In this document: one piece after another, positions 37,698 to 48,310 of the stretch
Numbering within the stretch: position 1 is the stretch's first letter
How the letters are laid out: the number at the start of each line of letters is the position of its first letter
Origin: Candidatus Hadarchaeota archaeon
GTDB taxonomy: Archaea; Hadarchaeota; Hadarchaeia; Hadarchaeales; JAWBSP01
Direction of reading: 5' to 3'
NCBI GenBank assembly: GCA_964474885.1
Contig: CAYYWO010000003.1
Coordinates: 64,001-128,000 of the forward strand
Length of the DNA: 64,000 bases
The notes under the pieces: model-generated
The model's input: the letters and a program-made list of their open reading frames with translations, nothing else
What the model was told of the DNA's origin: nothing
Database searches by the model: none
Made by a program: the position numbers and the translations under genes

Positions 37698-39347
37698 ATG
37701 GCAGCGGTTGCCCAGCTAGGAGGAAGGCCCATTCTAGTCCTCCCCGAGGGGACGAGGAGAGTTGTTGGTAGGGATGCTAGGAGAATGAACATCATGGCTG
37801 CAAGAGTCGTTGCTGAAGCTGTGCGGAGCACACTCGGCCCCAAGGGTATGGACAAGATGCTGGTGGACAATTTGGGAGATGTTGTGATAACTAACGACGG
37901 TGCAACTATCCTCAAGGAAATGGAGGTCGAACATCCAGCCGCGAAGTTAATGGTTGAGGTGGCGAAAACACAGGACGATGAAGTCGGCGACGGCACGACA
38001 ACAGCGGTAGTTTTGGCAGGTTCTCTGTTGGAGCAGGCGGAAAAACTCCTCGATCAGGGCATCCATCCGGCGGTGATTTCAAAGGGGTTCATGATAGCCA
38101 ACCAAAAAGCTCAAGAGCTTTTGAAGGAGTTCGCTGACAGCGTATCCCCTGAAGACGAGGAAATTCTGAAGAAAGTCGCTATGACAGCAGTCACAGGAAA
38201 GAAGGCAGAGGCAGGAAAGGCCTTGCTTGCGGACCTTGTGGTTCGAGCCGTCAAAAAGATCGCCGATCGCGTGGATGGGCGTTATAAGGTTGACATCGAC
38301 TACATAGGCGTCGAAAAAAGGCCTGGTGGAAGCATCCTAGATTCCGAACTTGTAGAGGGAGTGATAATCGATAAAGAAGTTGTCAGACCGGGTATGCCAA
38401 AATCCGTGAAGGACGCAAAGATAGCCCTGCTTGACTGTCCATTGGAAATTAAAAAGACTGAGACGGATGCCGAGATCAGAGTTGCCAGGCCCGAGGAGCT
38501 CAGAAGCTTTCTGGAAGAAGAAGAGCGGATACTCAGGGAGATGGTAGAGAAGATAAAGGCAGCTGGAGCAAATGTAGTTTTCTGCCAGAAGGGGATCGAT
38601 GACACGGCCCAGTACTATTTGGCCAAGGCAGGGATCATGGCTGCCCGGAGGGTAAAGAAGTCTGACATGGAAAGATTGGCAAGAGCTACAGGCGGGAGAA
38701 TAGTGACATCTCTCGAGGATCTAACCCCGAAAGAGCTGGGGCACGCTGGGCTAGTGGAGGAGAGGAAGATCGGAGATGAAAAGATGATATTTGTCATGGG
38801 ATGCAAAGATCCTAGGGCAGTAGGTCTTTTGCTCAGAGGTGGTTCCGAGCATGTGGTCGATGAGGTGGAGAGGGCAGTTCACGATGCAATCTGCGTGGTT
38901 GCTGCGTGCCTCGAAGATGGTAAGATCGTTCCCGGTGGGGGGGCCATGGAGATCGAGCTGGCGAAGCATCTGCGCAAGTATGCCGAGACAGTAGGTGGAA
39001 GAGAGGCACTGGCGGTCAAGGCTTTTGCTGATGCACTCGAAGTGATTCCGCAGTCCCTAGCTGAGAATGCTGGCATGGACACGGTCGACACCCTAGTTGA
39101 GCTTAGAGCAGCTCATGCTAAACCCGAAGGTAAAAGCATAGGGGTTAATGTCTTTACCAGGAAGATAGCCAACATGAAGGAACTGGGAGTTCTGGAGCCC
39201 CTCCGGATGAAGAGTCAGGTAGTCAAATCTGCGAGTGAGGCTGCTTTGATGGTGTTGAGGGTAGATGACGTCATAGCAGCAGCTAAGAAAGAAACAAAGG
39301 GACCACCTGAGAAGAAGGAAGAAGAAGAGGAGAGCTCCTCAGAGTAA
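37698..39347 (+). CDS. thsA: Thermosome (group II chaperonin) subunit
   Basis: [24 protein letters not shown] and PGGGA.E. Confidence 0.96.
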   Translation: MAAVAQLGGRPILVLPEGTRRVVGRDARRMNIMAARVVAEAVRSTLGPKGMDKMLVDNLGDVVITNDGATILKEMEVEHPAAKLMVEVAKTQDDEVGDGTTTAVVLAGSLLEQAEKLLDQGIHPAVISKGFMIANQKAQELLKEFADSVSPEDEEILKKVAMTAVTGKKAEAGKALLADLVVRAVKKIADRVDGRYKVDIDYIGVEKRPGGSILDSELVEGVIIDKEVVRPGMPKSVKDAKIALLDCPLEIKKTETDAEIRVARPEELRSFLEEEERILREMVEKIKAAGANVVFCQKGIDDTAQYYLAKAGIMAARRVKKSDMERLARATGGRIVTSLEDLTPKELGHAGLVEERKIGDEKMIFVMGCKDPRAVGLLLRGGSEHVVDEVERAVHDAICVVAACLEDGKIVPGGGAMEIELAKHLRKYAETVGGREALAVKAFADALEVIPQSLAENAGMDTVDTLVELRAAHAKPEGKSIGVNVFTRKIANMKELGVLEPLRMKSQVVKSASEAALMVLRVDDVIAAAKKETKGPPEKKEEEEESSSE

Positions 39348-39381
39348 ACAAAATTTTTTAGCTGGAAATCCCCTGCTTTCT

Positions 39382-39861
39382 TTACGGGAGTAAGACAGCG
39401 GCAGCTATTGCAGCTCCATGATGTTTCACTGTGTGGCCAGCGGAAATCGAAAGAACTTTTTTCGGGGTTAGCCCACGGTTCTCCATCATGTACTTGACCA
39501 TAGCTTCAGCCGTCTTGGCAGCAGTTCTCTCTGTTACTCCGATGTCATGATACTCGGATATCATACCATGGGAATCTTCCCCAATAGCAATTCCTAAAGC
39601 TGCAGCAATTCTTTGGCCGGGAGTTGAACTCACTATTTCAGACATGACGACTGGGACTATCGTGCCCGGTTCCAGATTGGGCATTTCGTCCAGAATTTCA
39701 CAGTCTTTTGGCAAAATGCTTGAAACCTTCATCAAGTTGAGTTCTGCGATTCCCGCCTTCCTCAGGGCATTGTCAAAGGCTACGAGCCTGAAAGGACCAT
39801 CTGCTGACGCAGCAACTAACACAGCTCGGGTAGGTAAGCTCCGCAGGACTCCTTCTTCCAC
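39382..39861 (-). CDS. pdaD: Pyruvoyl-dependent arginine decarboxylase
   Basis: FDNALRKAGI..NL.KVSSILP (Ser-Ser self-cleavage site) and ISEY. Confidence 0.9.
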   Translation of the reverse strand: MEEGVLRSLPTRAVLVAASADGPFRLVAFDNALRKAGIAELNLMKVSSILPKDCEILDEMPNLEPGTIVPVVMSEIVSSTPGQRIAAALGIAIGEDSHGMISEYHDIGVTERTAAKTAEAMVKYMMENRGLTPKKVLSISAGHTVKHHGAAIAAAVLLP

Positions 39862-39895
39862 ATCTTTCTTTCTGTCATGTTTTTAACTTTTTCTT

Positions 39896-40693
39896 TTAGT
39901 AAACCACCACAGAGTAGATTTCTGGCAATTTTCTCAGCTCAGCCAAGACGCTTTCGGGCAACGGTCGATCAGTTATCAGGGTGAGTTTGGGTTGAGGAAT
40001 TAGATGAGGGTCATCCGCTACAGCTTGTCTTATGCTTATGCCGTGTGATGAAATAACATCAATAATCGCTTTAAGCACCCCAGGCTTGCTGGCGTCGTAA
40101 GGTGTTATTTCAACGACTCCCCAGCCAGCCTCTCTCCCCACATCTCTCAGGTATGGTATTGGGGAAAGGTTGCTGAAGAAAGATTTGAGCCACTCGTTTT
40201 TTAGAATCTTCTTGATCGCAGCCACTACGGTTCTTCTGTCAGTCTTTGCAACTCTGCTGATCTGCAGGTAGGGAATTCTCATTTCACCGCACAGGACTTC
40301 CCCCTTGTTTCCCACCCTCAACCCATGTTTGAATAAGACCTTCAGCACCTCGAGTTCCTTTGGATAATCCTTGAATGTTTCTTCAATCTGTCTCCAGAAC
40401 TTCAGCCCACCGATTCTCATCGTTTCTTCGGAGATGGCTTGGCCCATCACCATTCTCATCAAGTTATCAGCGAAGTCCGGGTCGAGCCCCTTTTCTCTTG
40501 CGAAATTCCTAATTCTTCTGATGACATCCTTTTCTCTCGCCTCGTCCTTCACTTTCAGTCCCAAGCGCTTTTTCAAGTCGGCAATTTGTTTGGCTACATG
40601 CATGCGCTGGGTGAGCACCTCTATCAGGCTCTTATCGAGCCTGTCAATTTCCCTCCTCAACTTCTCGAGCTCCTCAACTTTCAACTCTCGCAC
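39896..40693 (-). CDS. Chorismate mutase (AroQ) fused to an HTH/ACT amino-acid regulator domain
   Basis: N-terminal LR.EID.LD..L..R...A..IA..K..D..RE; C-terminal GLRV, DRRTV, GISIRQAVADDP and PKLT. Confidence 0.8.
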   Translation of the reverse strand: MRELKVEELEKLRREIDRLDKSLIEVLTQRMHVAKQIADLKKRLGLKVKDEAREKDVIRRIRNFAREKGLDPDFADNLMRMVMGQAISEETMRIGGLKFWRQIEETFKDYPKELEVLKVLFKHGLRVGNKGEVLCGEMRIPYLQISRVAKTDRRTVVAAIKKILKNEWLKSFFSNLSPIPYLRDVGREAGWGVVEITPYDASKPGVLKAIIDVISSHGISIRQAVADDPHLIPQPKLTLITDRPLPESVLAELRKLPEIYSVVVY

Positions 40694-41531
40694 CCTCCTC
40701 GCTTGGTTTTGTCACGATAATTCTCCCTTTTTCCTTCCTCCAAGCAGCTTTTATGCGATTGACATCCTCTTCTCTTGCTATGGCAGCGACCGCAGGGCCT
40801 TTTCCTGTAAGGCCTGCAGCCAGTGCTCCGTTTTTGAGTGCCTTTAAGATTGGAGAGGTGGGATGCCCTAGGGCACTGGCATAGATGAGTCCGTTGAGTG
40901 TCATGGCTCCCAGAATATTCCCCGAGAGGGCCTGCTTGTATGCAATGCAGGCGAACTCCCGAATGTTGGAGAACACTGACTGATCGACCTGTGAAGTGTA
41001 AAACTTTTTGGATGGGACAAGCAAAAGAACTTTGTACTCCGAGGGGATGCTGAATCTCCTCAGGATTTTTCTCTTGTAGTTATCCGTGATCACTCCACAC
41101 CCATAATAGGAAGCGGATGCGTCATCAAATGCTCCTGTCAAGGTCACGCCCGCTTCGAAAGAGGCACCTATTCCTGTTTGGATGACTTCCCTATCGGAGG
41201 GCTCGATGCCCAAAGCGGCGTAAGTCGCGAGAACGGCAGCGTTGGATGCGGCGCTACTACTTGATAGGCCCACAGCAACGGGAATGTCGGAGTATGTACG
41301 GATTCTGGCCCCCTTCCGAATTTTCAGTTTTTCCAGAACCCTTCTGACGCATATTTCCACGAGTTGTGAGCTCTCTCTCATTCCTACAGTGATCCCCTTG
41401 ATACCTTGACTTGGAGGAACTAGTTCAACTTCTGCTCTTATCCTGAGTTCAACACCAAAAGCCGCACCCTTTCCAGTAGCCATTGCGTTCAGAACGGTTA
41501 CAGAGGCGCATGCCGATGCTGCTCCTCTCAT
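40674..41531 (-). CDS. aroK: Archaeal shikimate kinase (GHMP family)
   Basis: NAMATGKG, P..VGLSSSSA, TGAFDDA and GLTGKGP. Confidence 0.92.
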   Translation of the reverse strand: MRGAASACASVTVLNAMATGKGAAFGVELRIRAEVELVPPSQGIKGITVGMRESSQLVEICVRRVLEKLKIRKGARIRTYSDIPVAVGLSSSSAASNAAVLATYAALGIEPSDREVIQTGIGASFEAGVTLTGAFDDASASYYGCGVITDNYKRKILRRFSIPSEYKVLLLVPSKKFYTSQVDQSVFSNIREFACIAYKQALSGNILGAMTLNGLIYASALGHPTSPILKALKNGALAAGLTGKGPAVAAIAREEDVNRIKAAWRKEKGRIIVTKPSEEGARVES

Positions 41532-42625
41532 CCGAACCGGTTAGGATGGATCTTACCTGAGCGGATCATGTGATCGGCGAGAGTTATAGCGAGCATAGCT
41601 TCTGCCACTGGTACTATCCGCGGACATAAATTGGGATCGAACCTACCAGACAGTTGAATTGTGGCCTCTTTCATGGTTTCTAGATCAACCGTGCGTTGGG
41701 GTAGGGAAATCGAGGGCGTCGGTTTAACAGCGATTCGCACGACGATAGTCTCCCCGGTGGATATGCCCCCGAGGATGCCTCCACAATAATTCTTTTCCAA
41801 TCCTATTTTCTCACCCTTCAGCACTATCGGATCGTTTGCCTGCGAGCCCCTCAGCCTAGCCAAGCGGAACCCCTCCCCGATTTCCACTCCCTTTACGGCC
41901 CCTATTGACATCATACCCTTCGCGATGTCAGCGTCGAGCTTATCAAAAACAGGCTCCCCTAATCCGGGAGGTACGCCGATGGCGAGCACCTCGATCACAC
42001 CACCTGTGCTGTCACCCTCTCTCCAGGCCCTCAGCACTTCCTCCTCCATTAGCTTTGCGGTCTCAGGATCCGCGCACCTCATCGGGTTCTTTTCCACATT
42101 CCTTTCTATTTCTTGCAGACTAGGTGCCCGCTTTATTTTGACGCCGGCGGCCTCGATAACGTGTCCCAGGACCCGGACCCCATGGTAACCCAGGAGTTTC
42201 TTAGCGATGGCGCCGCCAGCTACCCTAGCTACAGTCTCCCGCCCAGCTGCCCTCCCTCCTCCCCGGTAGTCCACGTGCCCAAATTTTAGCCAGTAGCTGA
42301 GATCTGCGTGCCCAGGTCTTGGTTTACTCTTGATGACCTCGTAGGGTTCCGACTTGACATCCACATTCTCCACCCATAGACAGATTGGGGTTCCGAGGGT
42401 CCTCCCTTGGAAAACACCCGAGAGAATTCTCACACGGTCCAGCTCCTTTCTAGGTGAGCTTATTGCGGACTGAGCGGGACGTCGCCTATCCAGCTCTTTC
42501 TGAACGTCTACATCGCTAAGTGGCATCCCAGCAGGCACGCCCTCTACTACCACCCCTATTCCATTGCCGTGGGACTCCCCAAAGGTGGTTACCCTGAAAA
42601 CCTTACCGAAAGAGTTTCCGCTCAT
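41528..42625 (-). CDS. aroC: Chorismate synthase
   Basis: TFGESHG, RRRP, PRPGHAD, GGILGGIS, KPTPS and GRFDP. Confidence 0.96.
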   Translation of the reverse strand: MSGNSFGKVFRVTTFGESHGNGIGVVVEGVPAGMPLSDVDVQKELDRRRPAQSAISSPRKELDRVRILSGVFQGRTLGTPICLWVENVDVKSEPYEVIKSKPRPGHADLSYWLKFGHVDYRGGGRAAGRETVARVAGGAIAKKLLGYHGVRVLGHVIEAAGVKIKRAPSLQEIERNVEKNPMRCADPETAKLMEEEVLRAWREGDSTGGVIEVLAIGVPPGLGEPVFDKLDADIAKGMMSIGAVKGVEIGEGFRLARLRGSQANDPIVLKGEKIGLEKNYCGGILGGISTGETIVVRIAVKPTPSISLPQRTVDLETMKEATIQLSGRFDPNLCPRIVPVAEAMLAITLADHMIRSGKIHPNRFG

Positions 42626-42678
42626 CAAACACTGAATGACGGATTAAATGGGCTAAAACGATCCGCACCATATTTGCA

Positions 42679-43992
42679 ATGTATGGTTACAGAGGGAGAA
42701 CCAAAGAGTTGCTTCAGAAAATAGGTGCAAAACCGGGGGACAAGTTGCGGATTGAAAAAGAGGAAGAGGCTTACGAGGGTATCTTGATGCCTAGGAGTGA
42801 ACTCGCAGATGACAAACATTTGGTTCTGAAACTCCCCAATGGTTATAATATAGGTGTGCGCGTCGATGAAATAACCGCGATTCGTAAATTGGCAGAGGGC
42901 GTTTTTCCGCATCCCCCCTCTCCGAAAATCCTCCAAGACGCTACAAAACCTCTAGTCGTAATAGTAGGTACGGGTGGTACTATAGCCTCGCGGGTCGATT
43001 ACAGGACTGGAGCGGTTTATCCTGCCTTCACCCCCGAGGAGATCTGTTTTTCGGTACCGGAACTCAGAGAGCTAGCCAATCTGAAGGTGGTAGAAGTTTG
43101 TAACGTGTTCAGCGAACACATGACACCAGAACACTGGAAGAGAATAGCGGAGGAGGTCGCAAGGCAAATCAACAGTGGTGCTAAGGGGATCGTCATAGCT
43201 CATGGCACCGATACCATGGCATACACGGCAGCAGCTCTCTCTTTCATGCTGCGGGGACTCTCCCGTCCCGTCGTTTTGACAGGTGCTCAGCGCTCTTCAG
43301 ACAGACCCAGTTCAGATGCAGCTCTGAACCTCATTTCCTCTGTTGCTGTTGCTACTTCTGACATAGCTGAGGTGTGCGTGGTGATGCATGGATCCCCTTC
43401 CGATGACTACTGCCTCATTCACCGAGGTGTGAGGGTCAGAAAGTGCCACACGAGTAGAAGGGATGCCTTTGTTTCAATTAACGACCAGCCAATTGGCCTG
43501 GTGAGAGAGGGCAGGATAGAGCTCCTGACAAGGGAGTACAGGAAAGCAAGTGAAGGAAAGGTCTTAGTGGATACAAACATAGATCCGCGGGTCGCATTGA
43601 TCAAAGTGTATCCAGGTATGTCCCCTTCTCTCATCGAGTCGCTAATCGGAGATCACCACGGGGTGGTTCTTGAAGGAACTGGCCTAGGACACGCGCCCCA
43701 GGCGCTCTTCTCCGCAATCAAGCGTGCGATCGATGCAGGTATGGCAGTGGTCATGACTTCTCAGTGCCTGTGGGGGAGGGTGGATATGAAAGTTTACTCC
43801 ACAGGAAGAGACTTGCTTCAGCTGGGTGTCATACCCTGTGAAGATATGCTTCCAGAAGTCGCCTATGTTAAGCTCATGTGGGTCTTGGGGAAGACGAGAG
43901 AACTTGGGGAAGTGGCTAGACTTATGAAAACAAACATTGCAGGAGAGATATCAAAGCGGAGCAAGCCTGAGGCATTCCCTCACTTTATGTAA
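42679..43992 (+). CDS. gatD: Glu-tRNA(Gln) amidotransferase subunit D
   Basis: KLPNGYNIG, TGGTIAS, HGTDT, GAQRSSDRPSSD and HTSRRDAF. Confidence 0.96.
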   Translation: MYGYRGRTKELLQKIGAKPGDKLRIEKEEEAYEGILMPRSELADDKHLVLKLPNGYNIGVRVDEITAIRKLAEGVFPHPPSPKILQDATKPLVVIVGTGGTIASRVDYRTGAVYPAFTPEEICFSVPELRELANLKVVEVCNVFSEHMTPEHWKRIAEEVARQINSGAKGIVIAHGTDTMAYTAAALSFMLRGLSRPVVLTGAQRSSDRPSSDAALNLISSVAVATSDIAEVCVVMHGSPSDDYCLIHRGVRVRKCHTSRRDAFVSINDQPIGLVREGRIELLTREYRKASEGKVLVDTNIDPRVALIKVYPGMSPSLIESLIGDHHGVVLEGTGLGHAPQALFSAIKRAIDAGMAVVMTSQCLWGRVDMKVYSTGRDLLQLGVIPCEDMLPEVAYVKLMWVLGKTRELGEVARLMKTNIAGEISKRSKPEAFPHFM

Positions 43993-44696
43993 CTTTCTTC
44001 TCCTCTTGTTAGACCAGGAAACTCATATTTCATCAGGATTGAGGGACGGTACCTTTCCTCCATATCCTCCAAGTCGACCTTTAGATCCAGCATTCGGCAC
44101 AAAACTTCTAGGATGTTTCTGGCAGCCCTTACATCCGCCACGCCACCATGAGTAGTTCCTAATACACAGAGCCCCTTCATCCCCCATAGGGGAGAAAGAC
44201 AGGGAAGCAATCCGTTCATCCCTACAATCACACCTCCCTGCAGGATTTCAACCCCATATCTTTTCAACAATTCGAGACCCTCCTCGTTCGTAGCAGTCCC
44301 AACAACAGGTTTTCTCCGTTCTCGAGGAGATAGGACATAGGCAGCAGCCGTGATCACCGTTTTGACTCCAAGCTGTTTGGCAACCTTTAAAACTTCCTCG
44401 GTCAGGCTGTATTGTCCAAAAGAGCTAACAGCTTGAGCTTCTGATGTCAACAGAATGAGGGGTTCCCCCCTGGCTTGGTAAAACTTTAACTTGATGTTGC
44501 TCACCAGTCCATCTTCCTGTTTGATGGTCCATTCCGGCAGGTACTCTGAGTACAGTTCTAAGAAGAGTTCTCCCTCCAAGGAATTTATCAGATGCTCTAC
44601 CACGATTTTCCCAATACTCGCTATTCCGGGAAAGCCCGCGATAAGTATGGATGGTTCTTTGAGTTTAGGCTTCGTGATGTACCTGAGATGAGACAC
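43980..44696 (-). CDS. Second PAC2 family protein
   Basis: LIAGFPGIASIGK and IVGMNGLL; start placed at GTG 44696. Confidence 0.85.
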   Translation of the reverse strand: MSHLRYITKPKLKEPSILIAGFPGIASIGKIVVEHLINSLEGELFLELYSEYLPEWTIKQEDGLVSNIKLKFYQARGEPLILLTSEAQAVSSFGQYSLTEEVLKVAKQLGVKTVITAAAYVLSPRERRKPVVGTATNEEGLELLKRYGVEILQGGVIVGMNGLLPCLSPLWGMKGLCVLGTTHGGVADVRAARNILEVLCRMLDLKVDLEDMEERYRPSILMKYEFPGLTRGEESYIK

Positions 44697-44732
44697 GCTT
44701 AAGTTGGTTACGCTTGTATTTATCTTTTTAGA

Positions 44733-45623
44733 TTGGAGAGACACGTTTTGCCATTGGCCGCCGAAAGCTTGGGCGTTAGAAGTATGGCTACTTTCATCAG
44801 AGCAGGTGATGTAAACATTCTAGTTGATCCAGGATGCGCTCTTGCAATGAGGTTCTCCTTGCGTCCCCATGAGGAAGAGTACCTGAGCCTGACTGAAGCT
44901 AGGGAAAGGATTCTTCAAGCATCCGCGAAGGCTGATGTCGTGATAATAAGTCACTATCACTTAGATCATTACACGCCATACTATCGTGACCTTCAGTGGA
45001 TCCAAAGTTCGCCAGAATATGCGAGGAAACTCTATCAAGGAAAAGTTTTGCTCGTCAAAGACTTGGAGCATTTACCGCCCGTGCAAAGGAAAAGAGGGTA
45101 TTTCCTACAGAAACAAAGTAGGGAGGTCTGTAAGGAGATACAGGTGGCGGACGGCCAGCGGTTTAAGTGGGGAAAAACTGAGATAGAGTTTTCCGAGCCC
45201 CTCCCTCATGGTTTTTCCGCCCAGCCTTTGGTGCTCGGGGTTCGCGTCAAGTCTCCCAGACTTCGGCTGGCCTTCATCCCAGACTTTCAAGGTGCTAGTT
45301 CTGATGTGGTCAGACTCATTCTGAGGTGGAAACCGGACCTGTTGATAACAGGTGGTCCACCCCTCTACCTCTCAGGTTTCCGGATAGGGAAAGAAGAAAT
45401 CTCAACTGCAATGGAGAATTTCCTGAAATTGGCAGCGAGGATCCCGAGGATGGTGATCGATCACCATCTATTCAGATCAGAAGAAGGTCTAGACTTCCTT
45501 AACAAGATATCCCGTGAGGCTAAGAAGTTTGGACATCGAGTGGAGAGTGTGGCGGGGTTTTTGAAAACTGACCTCAAGTTGCTAGAGGCTCGGAGGAAAG
45601 AATTGTATGCATCTAAATTCTAG
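44733..45623 (+). CDS. Metallo-beta-lactamase fold hydrolase (UPF0282-like)
   Basis: AESLGVRSMA, DPG, SHYHLDH, HG and DHHLFR. Confidence 0.88.
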   Translation: MERHVLPLAAESLGVRSMATFIRAGDVNILVDPGCALAMRFSLRPHEEEYLSLTEARERILQASAKADVVIISHYHLDHYTPYYRDLQWIQSSPEYARKLYQGKVLLVKDLEHLPPVQRKRGYFLQKQSREVCKEIQVADGQRFKWGKTEIEFSEPLPHGFSAQPLVLGVRVKSPRLRLAFIPDFQGASSDVVRLILRWKPDLLITGGPPLYLSGFRIGKEEISTAMENFLKLAARIPRMVIDHHLFRSEEGLDFLNKISREAKKFGHRVESVAGFLKTDLKLLEARRKELYASKF

Positions 45624-47418
45624 GGGGGGCTTCGATACCTAGGAGATTGAGGGCATCCGCCAATACCGTTTTGACGCACGACACGAGCTTGAGTCTTGCA
45701 GCCCTCAACCCTCTCTCAGCTTTTAGCACTGGTGCCTTCTCGTAAAAGGAATTGAAGACAGAGGAGAGGGTGGAACAGTACCGTGTAAGAATGTTGGGTT
45801 TTAGTTGGGAGGCAGAAGCTCTCAGAGTTTCAGGGTATCTCGCGAGCAACTTTACGAGCTCTTTCTCCTCCTGCAGATGCAATTTTTCCCAGTCGGGTTG
45901 CTCGATTTTTTTAGCTTTTCTGAGAATGCTGCAGGCTCGGGCATGCGAGTATTGAATAGCAGGCCCACTGTTCCGTTCCAAATTCAATGCCTCCTCCCAC
46001 TTAAAGGTTATTTTCTTTTCGGGAGCAGTAGACAGCAACGAAAATCTGAGAGCCCCTATTCCGATGATCCTAGAAACCTTTTGTTTGAATCTTTCACTCT
46101 CAGAAGGGCTCTTCTGTTCCACGATCTCCCGTGCCCTATTCACGGCTTCCTTAACGGCATCATCCAGCGTATACCCTATCCAAGTTCCTTTCCTTCCCGA
46201 AAACTTCCCTGTGGGCAACTCTACATGCTCATAAGCTAGATGGAAAGAATTAGCGAATTCCTTTTCAAACCCTAGCAATTTCAGGGTTGCGAAAACTGCT
46301 TTTTGCATATCCCTTTGTTCGGATCCGATGACGTTTATGACGATATCCGCATTTCCGAACCTTCTGCTCGATCTCCCGTTTTTGTGGGTGGTGAACATGT
46401 CAAACCAGGATTTGAATTTAAGCGCTCTTTCTGTCTTCCCGAATTTCCAGAGTTGATAAGCTATGTCCCGTGTGAGATAAAGGGAGGTCCCGTCTGACCT
46501 CACTAGGATTTTGTCTTCCAGGCCCAAGTCTGCGAGTTTTAGTACCAGCGCGCCTTCCCTTTGCTCGATCCTTCCTATCTTCTTGAGCTTACTTAGGATT
46601 TCATCCACGAGTCCCGCCTCTAGTATGTCACTTTCCCAGACGAGTAAGTCATACTTGATCCCGAGCTTTTTCGTGGTTGCGAAATTCGCCCTGAGGCAGG
46701 CTTCGGCTATGGATCTGGCCATTCGCCTAGTTCTCCTTTTCCCTCTTTCCAGCTCCTTCAGGATCCTCCTGGTCTCCCCCTGCAGGCTTGGCTCTCGCTG
46801 TAGCAGTTCTTGAATCTTCACGTACATCAGCCCCAATGCATGGTCAAACTTGGTTTTCGGTCTGGGCACTTTTTCCCAAGCAAGCAGAATTTCTGCCATT
46901 TGGAGTCCCAGATCGTCGATGTAGTTATGCACCTCCACCCTATATCCGAGTTTTCGGTAAATTCTAGCGAGACAATCCCCCAAGACAGCATTTCTTGCAT
47001 GCCCTATGTGCAAGGGCTTGGTAGGATTTATGCTGGTATGCTCGATGATCACCTTCTTTTTCCTTTCTTCGCTACCGAATTTGGAGCCCAGCTTGTCGAT
47101 CAGATCAGAGGTGAGCTGAGCCAAGAGAGGGATTTTCACCTTGAAATTCAGATAACCCCTGCACGCTTCCACCCCATCCACGAGCCCGGATGGCTCGATC
47201 TCATCTCGGATTTTCTGCGCCAAACTGTGGGGATTTTCCTTCAAGCGCTTGGCAACGGAGAAGCAGACATTGGAGGTGAGATCCCCCAGCTCTGGACTGG
47301 GCGGTATGTCAAGGCTGCTTTCCAGTTCCGGTACCTCAAGCGAGAGACGCTGTAATCCAGTGTTTAGGCATTCTAAAACCTGCTCCTTGAACTTTCCCCA
47401 GGGATCGTCTTTCCCCAT
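45613..47418 (-). CDS. argS: Arginyl-tRNA synthetase
   Basis: EHTSINP.KPLHIGH, RSDGT.LY, FSGRKG and QYSHAR. Confidence 0.95.
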   Translation of the reverse strand: MGKDDPWGKFKEQVLECLNTGLQRLSLEVPELESSLDIPPSPELGDLTSNVCFSVAKRLKENPHSLAQKIRDEIEPSGLVDGVEACRGYLNFKVKIPLLAQLTSDLIDKLGSKFGSEERKKKVIIEHTSINPTKPLHIGHARNAVLGDCLARIYRKLGYRVEVHNYIDDLGLQMAEILLAWEKVPRPKTKFDHALGLMYVKIQELLQREPSLQGETRRILKELERGKRRTRRMARSIAEACLRANFATTKKLGIKYDLLVWESDILEAGLVDEILSKLKKIGRIEQREGALVLKLADLGLEDKILVRSDGTSLYLTRDIAYQLWKFGKTERALKFKSWFDMFTTHKNGRSSRRFGNADIVINVIGSEQRDMQKAVFATLKLLGFEKEFANSFHLAYEHVELPTGKFSGRKGTWIGYTLDDAVKEAVNRAREIVEQKSPSESERFKQKVSRIIGIGALRFSLLSTAPEKKITFKWEEALNLERNSGPAIQYSHARACSILRKAKKIEQPDWEKLHLQEEKELVKLLARYPETLRASASQLKPNILTRYCSTLSSVFNSFYEKAPVLKAERGLRAARLKLVSCVKTVLADALNLLGIEAPPRI

Positions 47419-47430
47419 CGATTTATTACT

Positions 47431-48309
47431 CTACTCGAGACCCAGTCTTTTCCACTCTTGGTCAACGAGCTCCTGGAACTTTTGGATCTCCTCCTGCGTC
47501 AGATGTCTGAACCTCCCCTGCAGCTTCAGGTACTCCGAGACAGGGATCCTCTTGGAGGGTTTGAAAGTGACTCTCATCTGACCGTGTTCTATTTCGTAAA
47601 GCACCCAACAGCCGCTCTCCACAGCCTTTCTGGCTACCTGTATGGTTTTGCTGGAATCGAATCTCCAGCCCGGGGGGCAGGGGCATTGGATATGAATGTA
47701 GCATGGCCCCTTTATGTATTTAGCTTTCTTTATCTTTTGGTACAAATCTAAAGGGTATCCGACGGAGGCTGTAGCAACGTAAGGAGCGCGGTGGGCAGCT
47801 ATTATGGCGGGCACATCCTTCTTCCATTGCCTCTTCCCCCTACCCACTTTTCCAGCAGGAGTTGTGGTTGTCCAGGCGAGAAAGGGGGTAGTTCCGCTTC
47901 TTTGTATGCCCGTGTTCATGTAAGCCTCGTTGTCTGTGCAAATGTAGATGAAGTCGTGTCCCCTTTCGACGGCTCCAGAGAGCGCCTGCAGTCCGATGTC
48001 GGCAGTTCCTCCATCCCCCGCGAAGGCAACGACTTTCACATCCTTTTTACCCAATTTCTTTAGAGCGCATTCAATCCCGGATGCTACCGCGGCAGCGTTT
48101 TCGAACGCAACGTGTATGTACGGCACCCTCCAGGCAGTCTGTGGGTAGGGTGTGCTCACTACTTCTCCACACCCAGTTGCCTGAACAACGATCACGTTCC
48201 TGCCTAGAGCCTTCAGGGCAATCCTTATAGCTAGGGCCTCGCCACAGCCAGGACAGGCCCTATGGCCGGGAGCTAGCAGCTCTTCCTCAATCTCGAGCAG
48301 TTCCTTCAT
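47431..48309 (-). CDS. porB: Pyruvate/2-ketoacid:ferredoxin oxidoreductase beta subunit
   Basis: CPGCG, TPP motif [16 protein letters not shown] and PCP.GW. Confidence 0.93.
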   Translation of the reverse strand: MKELLEIEEELLAPGHRACPGCGEALAIRIALKALGRNVIVVQATGCGEVVSTPYPQTAWRVPYIHVAFENAAAVASGIECALKKLGKKDVKVVAFAGDGGTADIGLQALSGAVERGHDFIYICTDNEAYMNTGIQRSGTTPFLAWTTTTPAGKVGRGKRQWKKDVPAIIAAHRAPYVATASVGYPLDLYQKIKKAKYIKGPCYIHIQCPCPPGWRFDSSKTIQVARKAVESGCWVLYEIEHGQMRVTFKPSKRIPVSEYLKLQGRFRHLTQEEIQKFQELVDQEWKRLGLE

Positions 48310-48310
48310 G

